From positions 1 to 64,000 of the forward strand of contig CAVWLW010000030.1 of NCBI GenBank assembly GCA_963755715.1: a DNA stretch of 64,000 nucleotides, written 5' to 3'. Numbering within the stretch: the stretch's first letter is position 1; every line of letters begins with the position of its first letter. The notes below the pieces were generated by a model. That model searched no databases and was not told the origin of the DNA. It was given only the letters and a program-made list of their open reading frames with translations. Positions 54,615 through 64,000 of this stretch are shown piece by piece. The position numbers and the translations under genes were made by a program. Origin of the DNA: an uncultured delta proteobacterium (GTDB lineage: Bacteria; Desulfobacterota; Binatia; UBA9968).

Positions 54615-57524
54615 ATGCCCGCTCTCGCTCGCACCGGTCTGAAACTCGGTGGAATTTTTCTCGCTCTCGTCGTGATCTTTTACTGCGCGCTCTATTTCAT
54701 CATTCAGTCGGCGCCATTTCGCCCCTGGATAGAAGCCAAGCTTTCGACAGCGAGCGGCGCCACGGTGCGAGTGACGGATCTCCGTTTTCGGCTGCCACTG
54801 AGCATCGTCGCCGAAGACATGGAGGTTTCCAAACCGGACATATTTTTCTTCAAAGGCCATCGACTCACGGCGACGCTCAATCCGTTCGATTTGCGCTCAG
54901 GGACGGTGCATCGTCTAGACATCGAAAGTCCGCTCATCGAGCTGGACATTCAAGGATTATCGCGGCCCGCGAATAAGAAATCCGCCACTCTCGCGTTGCG
55001 CCATCTGAATGTGCGCGACGGCAGGATCGTCTTAAAAAAAGGCGACACGGTCTTGCTTGAGTTGCCGGCGGTGACTTTGAATGCGCAGAATTTCAATCTT
55101 GCGGACCATGCCGGGGTAAGCCTTCAGGCCGACATTCCCGAACTAAACGGCAATCTGGATTTCACGCTGGCAGGTCAACTCGACGCACTGCAGGCCGATA
55201 TTGCCGTCCGGTCGAAGACGACGCGCGGCCTGCTCGGCGGCGCCCAGCCGGACCCGGCGGCGCCCGAAATGCTCCGTCTCCGGTCGCTCATCAACCTAGC
55301 TGAAAATCAAAGGCCCGCAGCCACGATCGAGAGCCGATGGCACGATTTGCCAATTCAAACGACCAGGATGACCGGCGTTTTGAACGCCAAGCTCGATATC
55401 GAGCCGGATTTCAGCGCCGTCGCGTTTACCGGGCGGGCTGAGCTCGTCGATGTTTTTAGCGCGCTCGTCCCGGCGCTTAGCCGGCTGCCCAACGGCAAAG
55501 CCGCGGCAACTTTTAGCGGTGCGTATGCCACCGCGAGCAAAAAACTCACGGTAAAAACAGTCGATATCGCTTCCGCTCTTGGCAGCGCCAAAGGCGACGG
55601 CGAGATGCTTTTTACCGAGCAACAGCCGACGGTGGCAAAAGCGGCGCTGCTCTTTCAAGACATTCCTCTGCAGGATCTGAAAACGCTCCTGCCGTCACCA
55701 TTCAATCAATGGAGCTATCAGGGTCGCGGCCGAGTCGAAGTCGAAGTCCATGGCGCCTGGAATGCGCTCGCAGTTAAAGGCGTCGCGCGGAGCAATGGCA
55801 CGCAAATCCGCGGCGCCGACCTTGCGCTGGAAAATTTATCTTTGAGTGCGCCGTTTGAGTGGTTGCGACCGACTTGGCGCGTCGGCGAAGCGCAGCTAAC
55901 CGCTCTCAAGCTCACCTACGGCGATAAAGATCGCTGGCAAGTCGCAGCGGAGCGAGTGCAAGCCAGCGCGACGATGAACTTTGGCGCCGACCCGGCGATG
56001 AAAATCACTGGGCGTCTTAAAAGCGCCGGCGGCAAATTCGCCTCTCCCGACGGCTCCAAGTTGGGCGAAAATTTCGCGATCGATGGTGACTTCGAATTGC
56101 GCACCGATCCCGTCAAGCATTCCATCGGCGTCGGCGGCAAGTTTCGCGCCGACGCCGGCGAGCTCTTGTGGGGCAAATTTTTTGCGGATCTCAAAATGCA
56201 GCAACCGGTCATTGAACTCCAGGCCGATTATTTTCGCGATCTCGACCGCTTCGATTGTCGCCGCTGCAATTTTAATTTAACAAAAATCGGTTCTGTCGAC
56301 GTGAGCGGCTCGGTCGAGGGCTTCAGCCAAAGCCCGAAGCTTCGCCTCCAAGCGCGCAGCGCGAATTTTTTGCCCGGCGGCTTTTATGAATTTGTCCTGC
56401 GCTCGAGTTTCAACCGTGAGTATCCGCTGCTCGACAAACTCACCCTCGGCGGCGAACTCGCCTTTCAATGCCAAATTCACGGCGATCTGCAAAGCCTCAT
56501 TACCGAGGGAGATTTATCTCTGAAGGCCGGTGAACTGCGCGAGCAACCGGAGGGCTGGCAGATCGGGCCGATTACGCTCAATCTACCGTTCCAAATTTCC
56601 TGGCCGGGAAGCCCGCAGACATCGAGCGCCAAGCCGCAAATCGGCGTGCTCGCAATCGAGCAGGCGCGCTTTGGTGGCCAGTCGGTGGGCCGAATCACGG
56701 CGGCCATTAGCTTGTCCAATAATGCCTTGATATTTCCCCAGCCGATTCACGCCGAGATCTTTGGCGGTGCGGTCGAAATCAGCGCTCTTCGTTGGCCCGA
56801 TGTCGTCAACGATCCGAAGCAGTTGTCGTTCTCGGCCGAGATGAAACGATTGCAGCTTGACGACCTGTCGCGGGCCCTCCACTGGCCACCTTTCAGCGGC
56901 ACTCTGACCGGCTCGATTCCGCAAGTGCAATCGGTCGGCAACACACTGCAGACCAACGGCGAGATCCAGGCCGAGCTATTCGGCGGCCAAGTTCGCCTGG
57001 GAAAACTCGAAATCGAAAATCCTTTTTCGTCTCTGGCGGCGATCCGGCTGGACGCCCGGCTCAGCGGCATCGATCTCGAGCAAGTCACCAAAACCTTTTC
57101 ATTCGGACGCATCTCAGGCATTCTGGAAGGAAGCATCGACGATCTCGTGATCACCGACAAACAACCGTCGCAATTTCGCGCCGACTTGCATTCAGTCGAT
57201 CGCGGCACGGAACAGCGGATCAGTGTCGAGGCGCTAAACAAGATTACGGTGTTGAGCTCCGGCGCAAGCGCCGGCGCCCTGTACAGCGGACTCGCCGGCT
57301 TCTTCGACAGCTTTCGCTACAGTAAGCTCGGCTTCAAAGCGAGCTTGAAAAACGACCGGCTTACCTTGCGCGGCGTAGAAAGCCAAGGCGATCAGGAATT
57401 CTTGGTGGTCGGCAGTTTTCTGCCGCCGCGGGTCAATATCGTCAGTCACACTCAAAATATCGCCTTTTCAGAGCTGCTGCGCCGGCTTCAACAAATCAAA
57501 TCAGACAAACCGGAAACGAAATAG
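54615..57524 (+). CDS. AsmA-like / YdbH-type intermembrane bridge protein
   Basis: N-terminal TM, long beta-rich body, C-terminal FSFGRISGILEG..RISVEAL..FRYSKLG; followed by a YnbE/YdbL-like gene. Start could be 54570. Confidence 0.75.
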   Translation: MPALARTGLKLGGIFLALVVIFYCALYFIIQSAPFRPWIEAKLSTASGATVRVTDLRFRLPLSIVAEDMEVSKPDIFFFKGHRLTATLNPFDLRSGTVHRLDIESPLIELDIQGLSRPANKKSATLALRHLNVRDGRIVLKKGDTVLLELPAVTLNAQNFNLADHAGVSLQADIPELNGNLDFTLAGQLDALQADIAVRSKTTRGLLGGAQPDPAAPEMLRLRSLINLAENQRPAATIESRWHDLPIQTTRMTGVLNAKLDIEPDFSAVAFTGRAELVDVFSALVPALSRLPNGKAAATFSGAYATASKKLTVKTVDIASALGSAKGDGEMLFTEQQPTVAKAALLFQDIPLQDLKTLLPSPFNQWSYQGRGRVEVEVHGAWNALAVKGVARSNGTQIRGADLALENLSLSAPFEWLRPTWRVGEAQLTALKLTYGDKDRWQVAAERVQASATMNFGADPAMKITGRLKSAGGKFASPDGSKLGENFAIDGDFELRTDPVKHSIGVGGKFRADAGELLWGKFFADLKMQQPVIELQADYFRDLDRFDCRRCNFNLTKIGSVDVSGSVEGFSQSPKLRLQARSANFLPGGFYEFVLRSSFNREYPLLDKLTLGGELAFQCQIHGDLQSLITEGDLSLKAGELREQPEGWQIGPITLNLPFQISWPGSPQTSSAKPQIGVLAIEQARFGGQSVGRITAAISLSNNALIFPQPIHAEIFGGAVEISALRWPDVVNDPKQLSFSAEMKRLQLDDLSRALHWPPFSGTLTGSIPQVQSVGNTLQTNGEIQAELFGGQVRLGKLEIENPFSSLAAIRLDARLSGIDLEQVTKTFSFGRISGILEGSIDDLVITDKQPSQFRADLHSVDRGTEQRISVEALNKITVLSSGASAGALYSGLAGFFDSFRYSKLGFKASLKNDRLTLRGVESQGDQEFLVVGSFLPPRVNIVSHTQNIAFSELLRRLQQIKSDKPETK

Positions 57525-57537
57525 GGACGGAGGAAAC

Positions 57538-58119
57538 ATGCTGAAACGGATGATCTTCACACTGATATTTTTTGTCAGCGCCTGCGTGACGGTCAATATC
57601 TATTTTCCCGCGGCGGCCGTCGAACGCGCCGCCGATCAGATCGTCAAAGAAACTTGGGGCGGGCCGGCGAAACCAGCGACACCCGTGCCGCAGCCGCAGA
57701 GCCGCAGTTTATTTTCGCCGAACCGCTTCCTAGCGCTGAGCTTCGTGAGCGAAGCTTTTGCCCAGGACGCCGATATCAACGTGACCAACCCGGCGATTCG
57801 CGCCTTGAAAGACTCGATCAAGAAGCGCAGCGACGCCATCAAGCCGTACATGGACCGCGGCAACATCGGTATCGCGCAAGACGGCCTGCTCGCGATCCGC
57901 AGCGCCGACGGCCTCAATCTCAAGGAGCGTGCCGAGGCCAACCAACTCATCGACGCGGAGAACAAGGACCGCGAGGCGCTCTATGCAGAGATTGCCAAGG
58001 CGAATGGCATTCCGAAAGAGAACATTCCCAAGATCAAGAGCATCTTTGCCAAGAGCTGGATCGAGCAGGCACAGCCCGGCTGGTGGATTCAGAGCAATGG
58101 CAATTGGCAGAAAAAGTAA
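57538..58119 (+). CDS. YdbL/DUF1318-family lipoprotein with YnbE-like N-terminus
   Basis: Lipobox VSAC then VTVNIYFPAAAV; GNIGIAQDGLL, ENKDREALYAEIAKAN, WIEQAQPGWWIQ..W. Confidence 0.85.
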   Translation: MLKRMIFTLIFFVSACVTVNIYFPAAAVERAADQIVKETWGGPAKPATPVPQPQSRSLFSPNRFLALSFVSEAFAQDADINVTNPAIRALKDSIKKRSDAIKPYMDRGNIGIAQDGLLAIRSADGLNLKERAEANQLIDAENKDREALYAEIAKANGIPKENIPKIKSIFAKSWIEQAQPGWWIQSNGNWQKK

Positions 58120-58314
58120 GCGCCATGCTTCCGCCCGCCGGGCAGAGCCAACGCGGCGACTTGGATCTGGTCTTTTTTCTCGATCGCGGCGGCTCGCGCG
58201 CCACTCGCGACCACAGCAGATAACAGGATCAGCGAGAGTAACCGCACTCGACGAAAAGGTCTTTCCATAGAACCAAACTCTTCCAGCTGGCGCGACGTCG
58301 CATAAAGATGCTCT

Positions 58315-58749
58315 CTACTTCAAATCCGCCGTGCAGTGGGCGCACTTCGTCGCCTTGAGTGGAATTGCCGAGAGACAATGCGGACAATCCTTGGTTGTCG
58401 CCGCCGCCGCGGCCGGCTCCGGTTTTTTCAATGCATTCATCTGTCGAATGATCAAAAAAAGCACAAATGCGATGATCAAAAAATTGAGTATGGTGTTAAA
58501 AAAAATGCCGTAATTGACCGTCGCGGCTCCCGCCGCTTTCGCTGCTGCGACGCTGGGATACTCCTTGTCTGACAAATTGACGAATAGGTTGGCAAAATCA
58601 ACGTTGCCGAGCATCCGTCCGATCGGCGGCATGATGATATCGTCAACAAGCGATGAAACAATCTTGCCGAACGCAGCGCCAATGATCACGCCCACGGCCA
58701 GCTCGATGACCGGGCCTTTCATTGCGAACTCTTTGAACTCTTTCAACAT
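58315..58749 (-). CDS. mscL: Large-conductance mechanosensitive channel with C-terminal zinc ribbon
   Basis: [49 protein letters not shown]; CPHC..CAHC tail; GGAGG SD. Confidence 0.95.
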   Translation of the reverse strand: MLKEFKEFAMKGPVIELAVGVIIGAAFGKIVSSLVDDIIMPPIGRMLGNVDFANLFVNLSDKEYPSVAAAKAAGAATVNYGIFFNTILNFLIIAFVLFLIIRQMNALKKPEPAAAAATTKDCPHCLSAIPLKATKCAHCTADLK

Positions 58750-59230
58750 AAGACCTCCCTGTCGTTTTTGCGATTCGCTTCGGGACATTAATCGCGAGGT
58801 CACCCGCGTATAATGGCAGGTCACCGCTCATAAAGTCAATGGAAAAGTCGTGTCAGCAATCGAACGATCACGACGTTCCTACGGGTCATTCATGGCGGCG
58901 TATCGCCCAATATAATTATGATACACCTACGGCGCGTCGATATTTCGCGATCTCGTTTAATTACCATCCCAACGTCCTTTGTTTTTCGTATGGCAAAATT
59001 CACAGACCGACACGGCGCCGATCGGTCGCAAGAATCTGGTGGAGAGAAATTAAAGTGAATCGCCCGACTAACTTGGATTCAGCTCGAAAGAACCGAGATC
59101 CGTCGCTGAAGCGTTCGAATGATCGAGCTATATTCTACGGCGAGATAATCTTCCCGGATCGACATCGCGAAGCGAATGCTCATTAATTCTGCCGAAAGCG
59201 GATTAATCTGCGCATCGTCAAGTGCATTCT

Positions 59231-62200
59231 TTAATACCGTTTGCTCCAGATGATATCTATTCCACTCGAACCGCTGCTGCTCGTCTTCGTGCCGATTTTC
59301 CAGTTGGGCGCGATTTGATACTCGAGGGCAACTTCCTGTTCATGATTATCGGCAAGCTCTTGAGAAAGCGAAAAGTAGGTCTTGTCGCCGATGTAACGCC
59401 CGAAGCCGATGCGACCGCCGGAAAAATCCACTTCGCCCAAGCTATCCAAACCGAGCGCCTTGGAAACCGAGTTAGCAATTTGGCCGGCGACGAAGCCGCT
59501 CGTGATACCCAATGCGCTTTGCTGCAATGAGCCTTGCTCTTTCTGGCTCAGCGAGTCGATCGGTTTGCCGAAAATCAGCAGCGCAAGAATATCGGCTTGT
59601 TCTAGCTGCGGGTGGCTCGCGAGAGTCAAGCTAGGTTTTTCCGCTGTGCCGCCGATGATTACGTCAACCTCATAGTTCGGCAATCGATATTCCGCCACGA
59701 CGTCGAGCGACGGATTGATCTGGCCACCGCCCGTGAACTCGATCGCTCCCCTGGTCAACTGAAGCCGCCGCCCTTGAAAAGCCAGCCAGCCCCTGACGAC
59801 ATCGATGCGTCCCGTGAGATCGATCTCGCGATCGGGCGCCTTGGTCGCGTGCACATTACCGGAAAGCTCGGAAACCAAATCAGGATGTCGGATCCAAACA
59901 TGGCCCGGCGCGCTCACCGTTAGATCCAGACTGAGCTTTTTGAAAAGCTGGTCATCGCCTGCAGTGGAGGACTCTTTTTTTTGCGCCGGCGGCGGGCGCG
60001 GTACGCCGTTTTTATTAACGAACACAATCGTCTCGTCGGGCTTCAGCGGCACTTTGCTCTGCTCCAAAAAAGCCAGGTCCGGCCGCAGTGAACCTTCAAG
60101 AACGGTGATCTTGCCGGATATTTTCGGAGCAGTCAGAGTTCCTTGGGCCTCGACATCGCCGGCCACCTTCACTTGATAACGTTGGGTCTCGATCGCAGGC
60201 CAGCGCTGCGCCGTCAGCACCAGCTTGAATCCGTTGGCATCGAAGTCTTTAAGCGCGATCGAGCCGCTGCCCTTTATTTCCCCATCCTTGGCTTTGGCGG
60301 TGAGCTCACGCACGTTGACGCTGCGCGAATCCAACCCCCCCGTCACCGTGATCCCGTTGATATCGACACCGAGAGGGACAACCTTCAACCTGCCATCACG
60401 CAATTGAAAGGTGCCGCGCAGATCCGGTTGTTTTACCGCGCCGCGCGCGCTCGCATCGAGGCTCACTTCACCGGCGATGTTTTCCAGGCTTTTGCCGCTA
60501 AACGCGTTTAAAAAAGCGACGCTTAGCCCGGCGCTTTGTATTCGGAGATCCAAGCCGTCGGCAAAATCGGCGCGAAAACCGTTGCTCCAGCTCAAGTTGA
60601 GCGGCAGCGTGCCGTTGGCATTGAGCGCGCGAGCAGCGTCCTGGCGCACCTCCAGTCGCAGAGTCGCGCGCTTGTCTTGATAACCCAGGTCGGCAGTCGC
60701 ACCGGCGTAGGCTTGTCCGGCGACCGTCGTTTCGGTGAGCTTTGCCGAAGCGGCGATTTCCGGCGCGGCGGCCGACCCCGTGACCCGGGCATGCGCAGCG
60801 AGCAGTCCGGTCACCTTCGGGGGTTGCGCTAGAAAGGCGGTCACCAAGCCAAGCGGCAATCGATCGACAGTCAATGTCAGGTCCTGATTGCCGGCGACCG
60901 CAAAACGGCCGTATAGCGCCAATTCTCGGTCGCCGTTCTTCATGGAGAGCTGATCGATAGTAAAAGCATCGTCGCGCTTGGTCACCGTTACCGGACGCGA
61001 TAACTTCCACGTGCCGTCCGGCGCGGTGAGCGAAACCTGGCTCAGTCGCAGTATCAAAGCATCAGGCGCCAGATCCACCGTGCCGCTCACCGCGTGCTTG
61101 CGCTCGAGCAGGTCCTGCGCGTCTAAGTCGAGTTGGATCGACGGCACTGCCTGCCGCGACAACTTTGCCGTGGCGTTGAGACGTCGCAAGTTGAGCCCGG
61201 CAGCGATGTCGGTCAATTGCGCCGTGACCACTCCCCGAGGAAAAAATTCCTCCTGGGAGCCCCGCAGAGCGAAGGAAATGTTGCCCGCCTTCACAACAGT
61301 CCCTTCGAGCTCCAAACCCGATAAACGCACCACCCCCTGGGTTTGCAGATCAGCGGGATTACCTCGAGCTTGACCGCTGAGTTCGATTGCTCCCGAACCT
61401 TTTCTTTGGACCAGCGCCAGCCAAGGAGAGACATCGGTCATGCGCAGTCGATAATCGAGATTGCCGGTGTTCTTCGCGTCGAGACCCAGTTCGCCGTTGA
61501 CGGCCAACGTTGCATCATCGGTGGCAAGAGTAGCGCCCGCAATGCGGATTTTATTCTCGCTTAGAGTCGCGGTCAGCGCGCCTTGCTTGACCAGCACCGG
61601 ACCCACGGACGATGGCAAAATGCGCACCTCCGCGCGCGTATTCATATCGGCAAGAGTCCATCCGGCGCCTTTGACCTTTGCCTGGAGGTTGAGTTTGCCC
61701 TGAATGGCAGTGCCGTCCGCCGCCTTTTCAATGTCGAGATCTTTTACCGACAGAGCCAACTCATACGGCGGCCGTTTTTCACTCAGGGCCACCTTCCCAG
61801 ACCACTCGGCGCCGCCGAGCTTACTTTGGAGCCGGCCATCGACGGTCGCTATGCTGTCTTTCAGTACTCCTTGAATAGAAAGGGTGCCCAACAGCCATTC
61901 CTGCATTTGAGCGGCGTGGGCTTCCAAAGCCAGTTTCGCCTGCGTATCGCGCAATGCAAAACCGTTCCCGTTCGCTTCAATATTGGCATGCACGACTCCA
62001 GCGACATCCCTGCGGCCAAGCCACTGACGCAAGTCGAAACCGTTAACGATCGCCGTCGCCGAATAACGAGGGTTCGCCTGAGTCACATCAGCCTTAAATT
62101 TTGCGGCGATTTTGCCGCCCGCGCCCGCTAACTCGAGATTTCCATTCAAAGCATCGAGCGGCCCCTCGATCGTTAGGTTGCCGGCAATATCGGGTTTCAA

Positions 62201-63022
62201 CGGCCATTGCGAAACAAAATAGGCGATGTCCGCCGCCGCCAGCTTTTCAATCGATGCCTGGGCTTTCACCGTCATTTTTTCGCCGATGGCGAATTCGCCG
62301 TTCAGTTTGACCTGGGAGTGGCGGCTCACGGCCCAGAAATTTTTTACTTTGACCGTAGCCGGCGCCACAGCGGCCTGTTCGTATTCGAACTCGCCTTTGA
62401 GCCGAAGGTCCGGCTGGCCCGACGAGATCAGCACTGTCATCAGCTCGGCGACGTCGAGTGAAACACCGGTCGGTCGAACTCCTACCCGGCCCTGGAGATT
62501 TAAATCCTGCAAACGATAGAGCTTGCCGCCTCCCGAAGCGGGGCGCACGTCGAATTTCGCGTGGCGTAAATGGAAAGACTCCACCAGCACGATGAAGTCG
62601 GATGGCTTCTCTGGTTCCGGTTGGCGCGGCGCTAAGGCCTCGACGAGGTTCCACTGTCCGGCCTGATCTTGAAGCAGGCTGGCGCTTGGCTCCGTGGCAT
62701 CGATGCCGGCAATCTTCAGCTCGCCCCAGAGCAACGGGATCAAAGAAAAGAAAACTTCCAGGCGAGGGACTTTAAGGATCTCGCTTTGTTCATGGCGCAG
62801 CGTCACGTTGTGAAGCGTCAGCCTGCTCCATACCGATCCCTCGAGACGATCGACGCTAATGGTTCCTCGAATGGTCTGGTTGACGAGGGTAATCGCTTCT
62901 TCTCGGAGCCAGCGGGTAAAGTTTTCCGTGCGCGTGTAGATCGCCACGATCACGACTGCGAGAAAGAGCAATGCGCCGACGCCCGCGACCAGCCATTTCA
63001 AAATGCGCCGCAATTTCTCCAT
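59231..63022 (-). CDS. tamB: Translocation and assembly module TamB
   Basis: 1263 aa, N-terminal TM, beta-taco repeats, DUF490-like C-terminus (NPSLDV.A, GTAEKPSL, DILALLIFGK, GRYI, GIDIIWSKRY); downstream of an Omp85 gene. Confidence 0.9.
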   Translation of the reverse strand: MEKLRRILKWLVAGVGALLFLAVVIVAIYTRTENFTRWLREEAITLVNQTIRGTISVDRLEGSVWSRLTLHNVTLRHEQSEILKVPRLEVFFSLIPLLWGELKIAGIDATEPSASLLQDQAGQWNLVEALAPRQPEPEKPSDFIVLVESFHLRHAKFDVRPASGGGKLYRLQDLNLQGRVGVRPTGVSLDVAELMTVLISSGQPDLRLKGEFEYEQAAVAPATVKVKNFWAVSRHSQVKLNGEFAIGEKMTVKAQASIEKLAAADIAYFVSQWPLKPDIAGNLTIEGPLDALNGNLELAGAGGKIAAKFKADVTQANPRYSATAIVNGFDLRQWLGRRDVAGVVHANIEANGNGFALRDTQAKLALEAHAAQMQEWLLGTLSIQGVLKDSIATVDGRLQSKLGGAEWSGKVALSEKRPPYELALSVKDLDIEKAADGTAIQGKLNLQAKVKGAGWTLADMNTRAEVRILPSSVGPVLVKQGALTATLSENKIRIAGATLATDDATLAVNGELGLDAKNTGNLDYRLRMTDVSPWLALVQRKGSGAIELSGQARGNPADLQTQGVVRLSGLELEGTVVKAGNISFALRGSQEEFFPRGVVTAQLTDIAAGLNLRRLNATAKLSRQAVPSIQLDLDAQDLLERKHAVSGTVDLAPDALILRLSQVSLTAPDGTWKLSRPVTVTKRDDAFTIDQLSMKNGDRELALYGRFAVAGNQDLTLTVDRLPLGLVTAFLAQPPKVTGLLAAHARVTGSAAAPEIAASAKLTETTVAGQAYAGATADLGYQDKRATLRLEVRQDAARALNANGTLPLNLSWSNGFRADFADGLDLRIQSAGLSVAFLNAFSGKSLENIAGEVSLDASARGAVKQPDLRGTFQLRDGRLKVVPLGVDINGITVTGGLDSRSVNVRELTAKAKDGEIKGSGSIALKDFDANGFKLVLTAQRWPAIETQRYQVKVAGDVEAQGTLTAPKISGKITVLEGSLRPDLAFLEQSKVPLKPDETIVFVNKNGVPRPPPAQKKESSTAGDDQLFKKLSLDLTVSAPGHVWIRHPDLVSELSGNVHATKAPDREIDLTGRIDVVRGWLAFQGRRLQLTRGAIEFTGGGQINPSLDVVAEYRLPNYEVDVIIGGTAEKPSLTLASHPQLEQADILALLIFGKPIDSLSQKEQGSLQQSALGITSGFVAGQIANSVSKALGLDSLGEVDFSGGRIGFGRYIGDKTYFSLSQELADNHEQEVALEYQIAPNWKIGTKTSSSGSSGIDIIWSKRY

Positions 63023-63025
63023 AAG

Positions 63026-64000
63026 CTAAAAGGCGGCTCCAATACTGAAATGAATTTGCCAAGGCCGATCGCTGCGCGGCGGATTAAACGGAAAGCCCAG
63101 GTCCACCCGGATCGGTCCAACGGGCGTTGCATAGCTCAATCCGAAACCAGTGGAAAATTGCAAATTATTCACGGGAATATCGAAAGCACGCTCCGAAACC
63201 TGACCGAAATCGACGAACAGCGCGCCGCTTAATTCCCGCCAGACGGGCCGGCGCAGTTCGAGCGAGCCTTCGATCAAACTGAGTCCACCCAAGGGATCGT
63301 TGCTTGCACTCAAGGGACCGAGACGGCGCCTGGCGTAACCGCGCACGCTCCTGTCACCGCCGGCATAAAATCGTTCGAACAGCGGCAAATTTTGGTGGTC
63401 GCCGATAGCATCGGCCAGGCCTAGCTTCAGTCGGCTGGCAAAAACCGTCTGCCAGCCGATATCGATGTATTTTTTTGCTTCCGCTGTAAATTTGTAGAAA
63501 CTGAACTGACCGCCCCAGATCGCGCCCGCTTGATCCGCGGTTAGTGTCACCACTTCGCCTTTTTTAGGATTGAAAGGGTCGTCGGCGGTGTTCCAGACCA
63601 GGCTGGCGAACGGGCCGGAAAGAAGCCCTTTTTTCTCGATCCCGCCCAGCGCCTCCGAGGTAGCTTCCGAGACGTCGCTCAGCTGATCGTATTCCAGCCG
63701 ATAACCCATGAAAGCGCTGAGTGTCTTGGAAAATTTATGTTCCACGCGCGGACGAAATCGGCTCGCGTTCAAATGATAGGTTTGCTCCTTTTCCTGGTTG
63801 TGCGTAAAGTTCACGACGGCTTGCGTATCGGGGGAGAAAAAATGCGGCTGAATGAAGTTGATCGTGCCCGAAGCTTCGATGGCGGAGTATCTAGCCAGAA
63901 GCGACAACCGCCTGCCGCCGCCCAGCCAATTCAGAAGGCGCCATTCGAGCTGAGTGCGAACTTGGTCTTCGGTGCCGTAGCCGAGCGATAACTTGATTTC
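63026..64000 (-). CDS. Omp85-family (TamA/BamA) outer-membrane beta-barrel, 5' part outside the window
   Basis: ERFYAGGDRSVRGY, GALFVDFG, TPVGPIRVDLG, C-terminal FSIGAAF; frame stays open to the window end. Confidence 0.9.
   Translation of the reverse strand, partial: EIKLSLGYGTEDQVRTQLEWRLLNWLGGGRRLSLLARYSAIEASGTINFIQPHFFSPDTQAVVNFTHNQEKEQTYHLNASRFRPRVEHKFSKTLSAFMGYRLEYDQLSDVSEATSEALGGIEKKGLLSGPFASLVWNTADDPFNPKKGEVVTLTADQAGAIWGGQFSFYKFTAEAKKYIDIGWQTVFASRLKLGLADAIGDHQNLPLFERFYAGGDRSVRGYARRRLGPLSASNDPLGGLSLIEGSLELRRPVWRELSGALFVDFGQVSERAFDIPVNNLQFSTGFGLSYATPVGPIRVDLGFPFNPPRSDRPWQIHFSIGAAF

Overview
This is a moderately GC-rich bacterial window. Gene content suggests a Deltaproteobacteria-like or Binatota organism (inference only). 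Single-base frameshifts interrupt many genes between 1 and ~50 kb. Layout: (1) 1-7.3 kb, start of an exopolysaccharide operon on the minus strand: NusG/RfaH-type antiterminator, wza, Wzz/GumC, a CpsD/CapB-like kinase with a degenerate Walker A, and three glycosyltransferases. (2) An orphan trypsin-like protease. (3) 10-23.9 kb, an NtrC-family sigma54 activator followed by a complete alternative complex III (actA-F, ActG-like/SCO) and an A2-type caa3 oxidase. (4) 24.4-51 kb, a dense stress/dormancy island: sucAB, CBS protein, Ku-LigD, SDR, two hemerythrin-like proteins, an unannotated 53-aa metallothionein, YqjE/YqjD-like proteins, HtrA, a PaaA-like di-iron protein, AhpC, PAS histidine kinase, Rv2004c-like kinase, SOD, USP and PsiE. 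(5) 51.6-64 kb, housekeeping/envelope genes: glycerate kinase, poly-Pro OmpA, YdbH, YnbE-YdbL, MscL, TamB and TamA. The main hidden signal is regulatory. About 14 sigma54 (-24/-12) promoters sit in intergenic positions, correctly oriented, in front of most transcription units from 7 to 51 kb. Many are accompanied by a shared palindrome, TGTCYC-N6-GRGACA. This points to a sigma54-wired general stress/dormancy regulon that may also control respiration and EPS. No rRNA, tRNA, CRISPR array or IS element was recognised.
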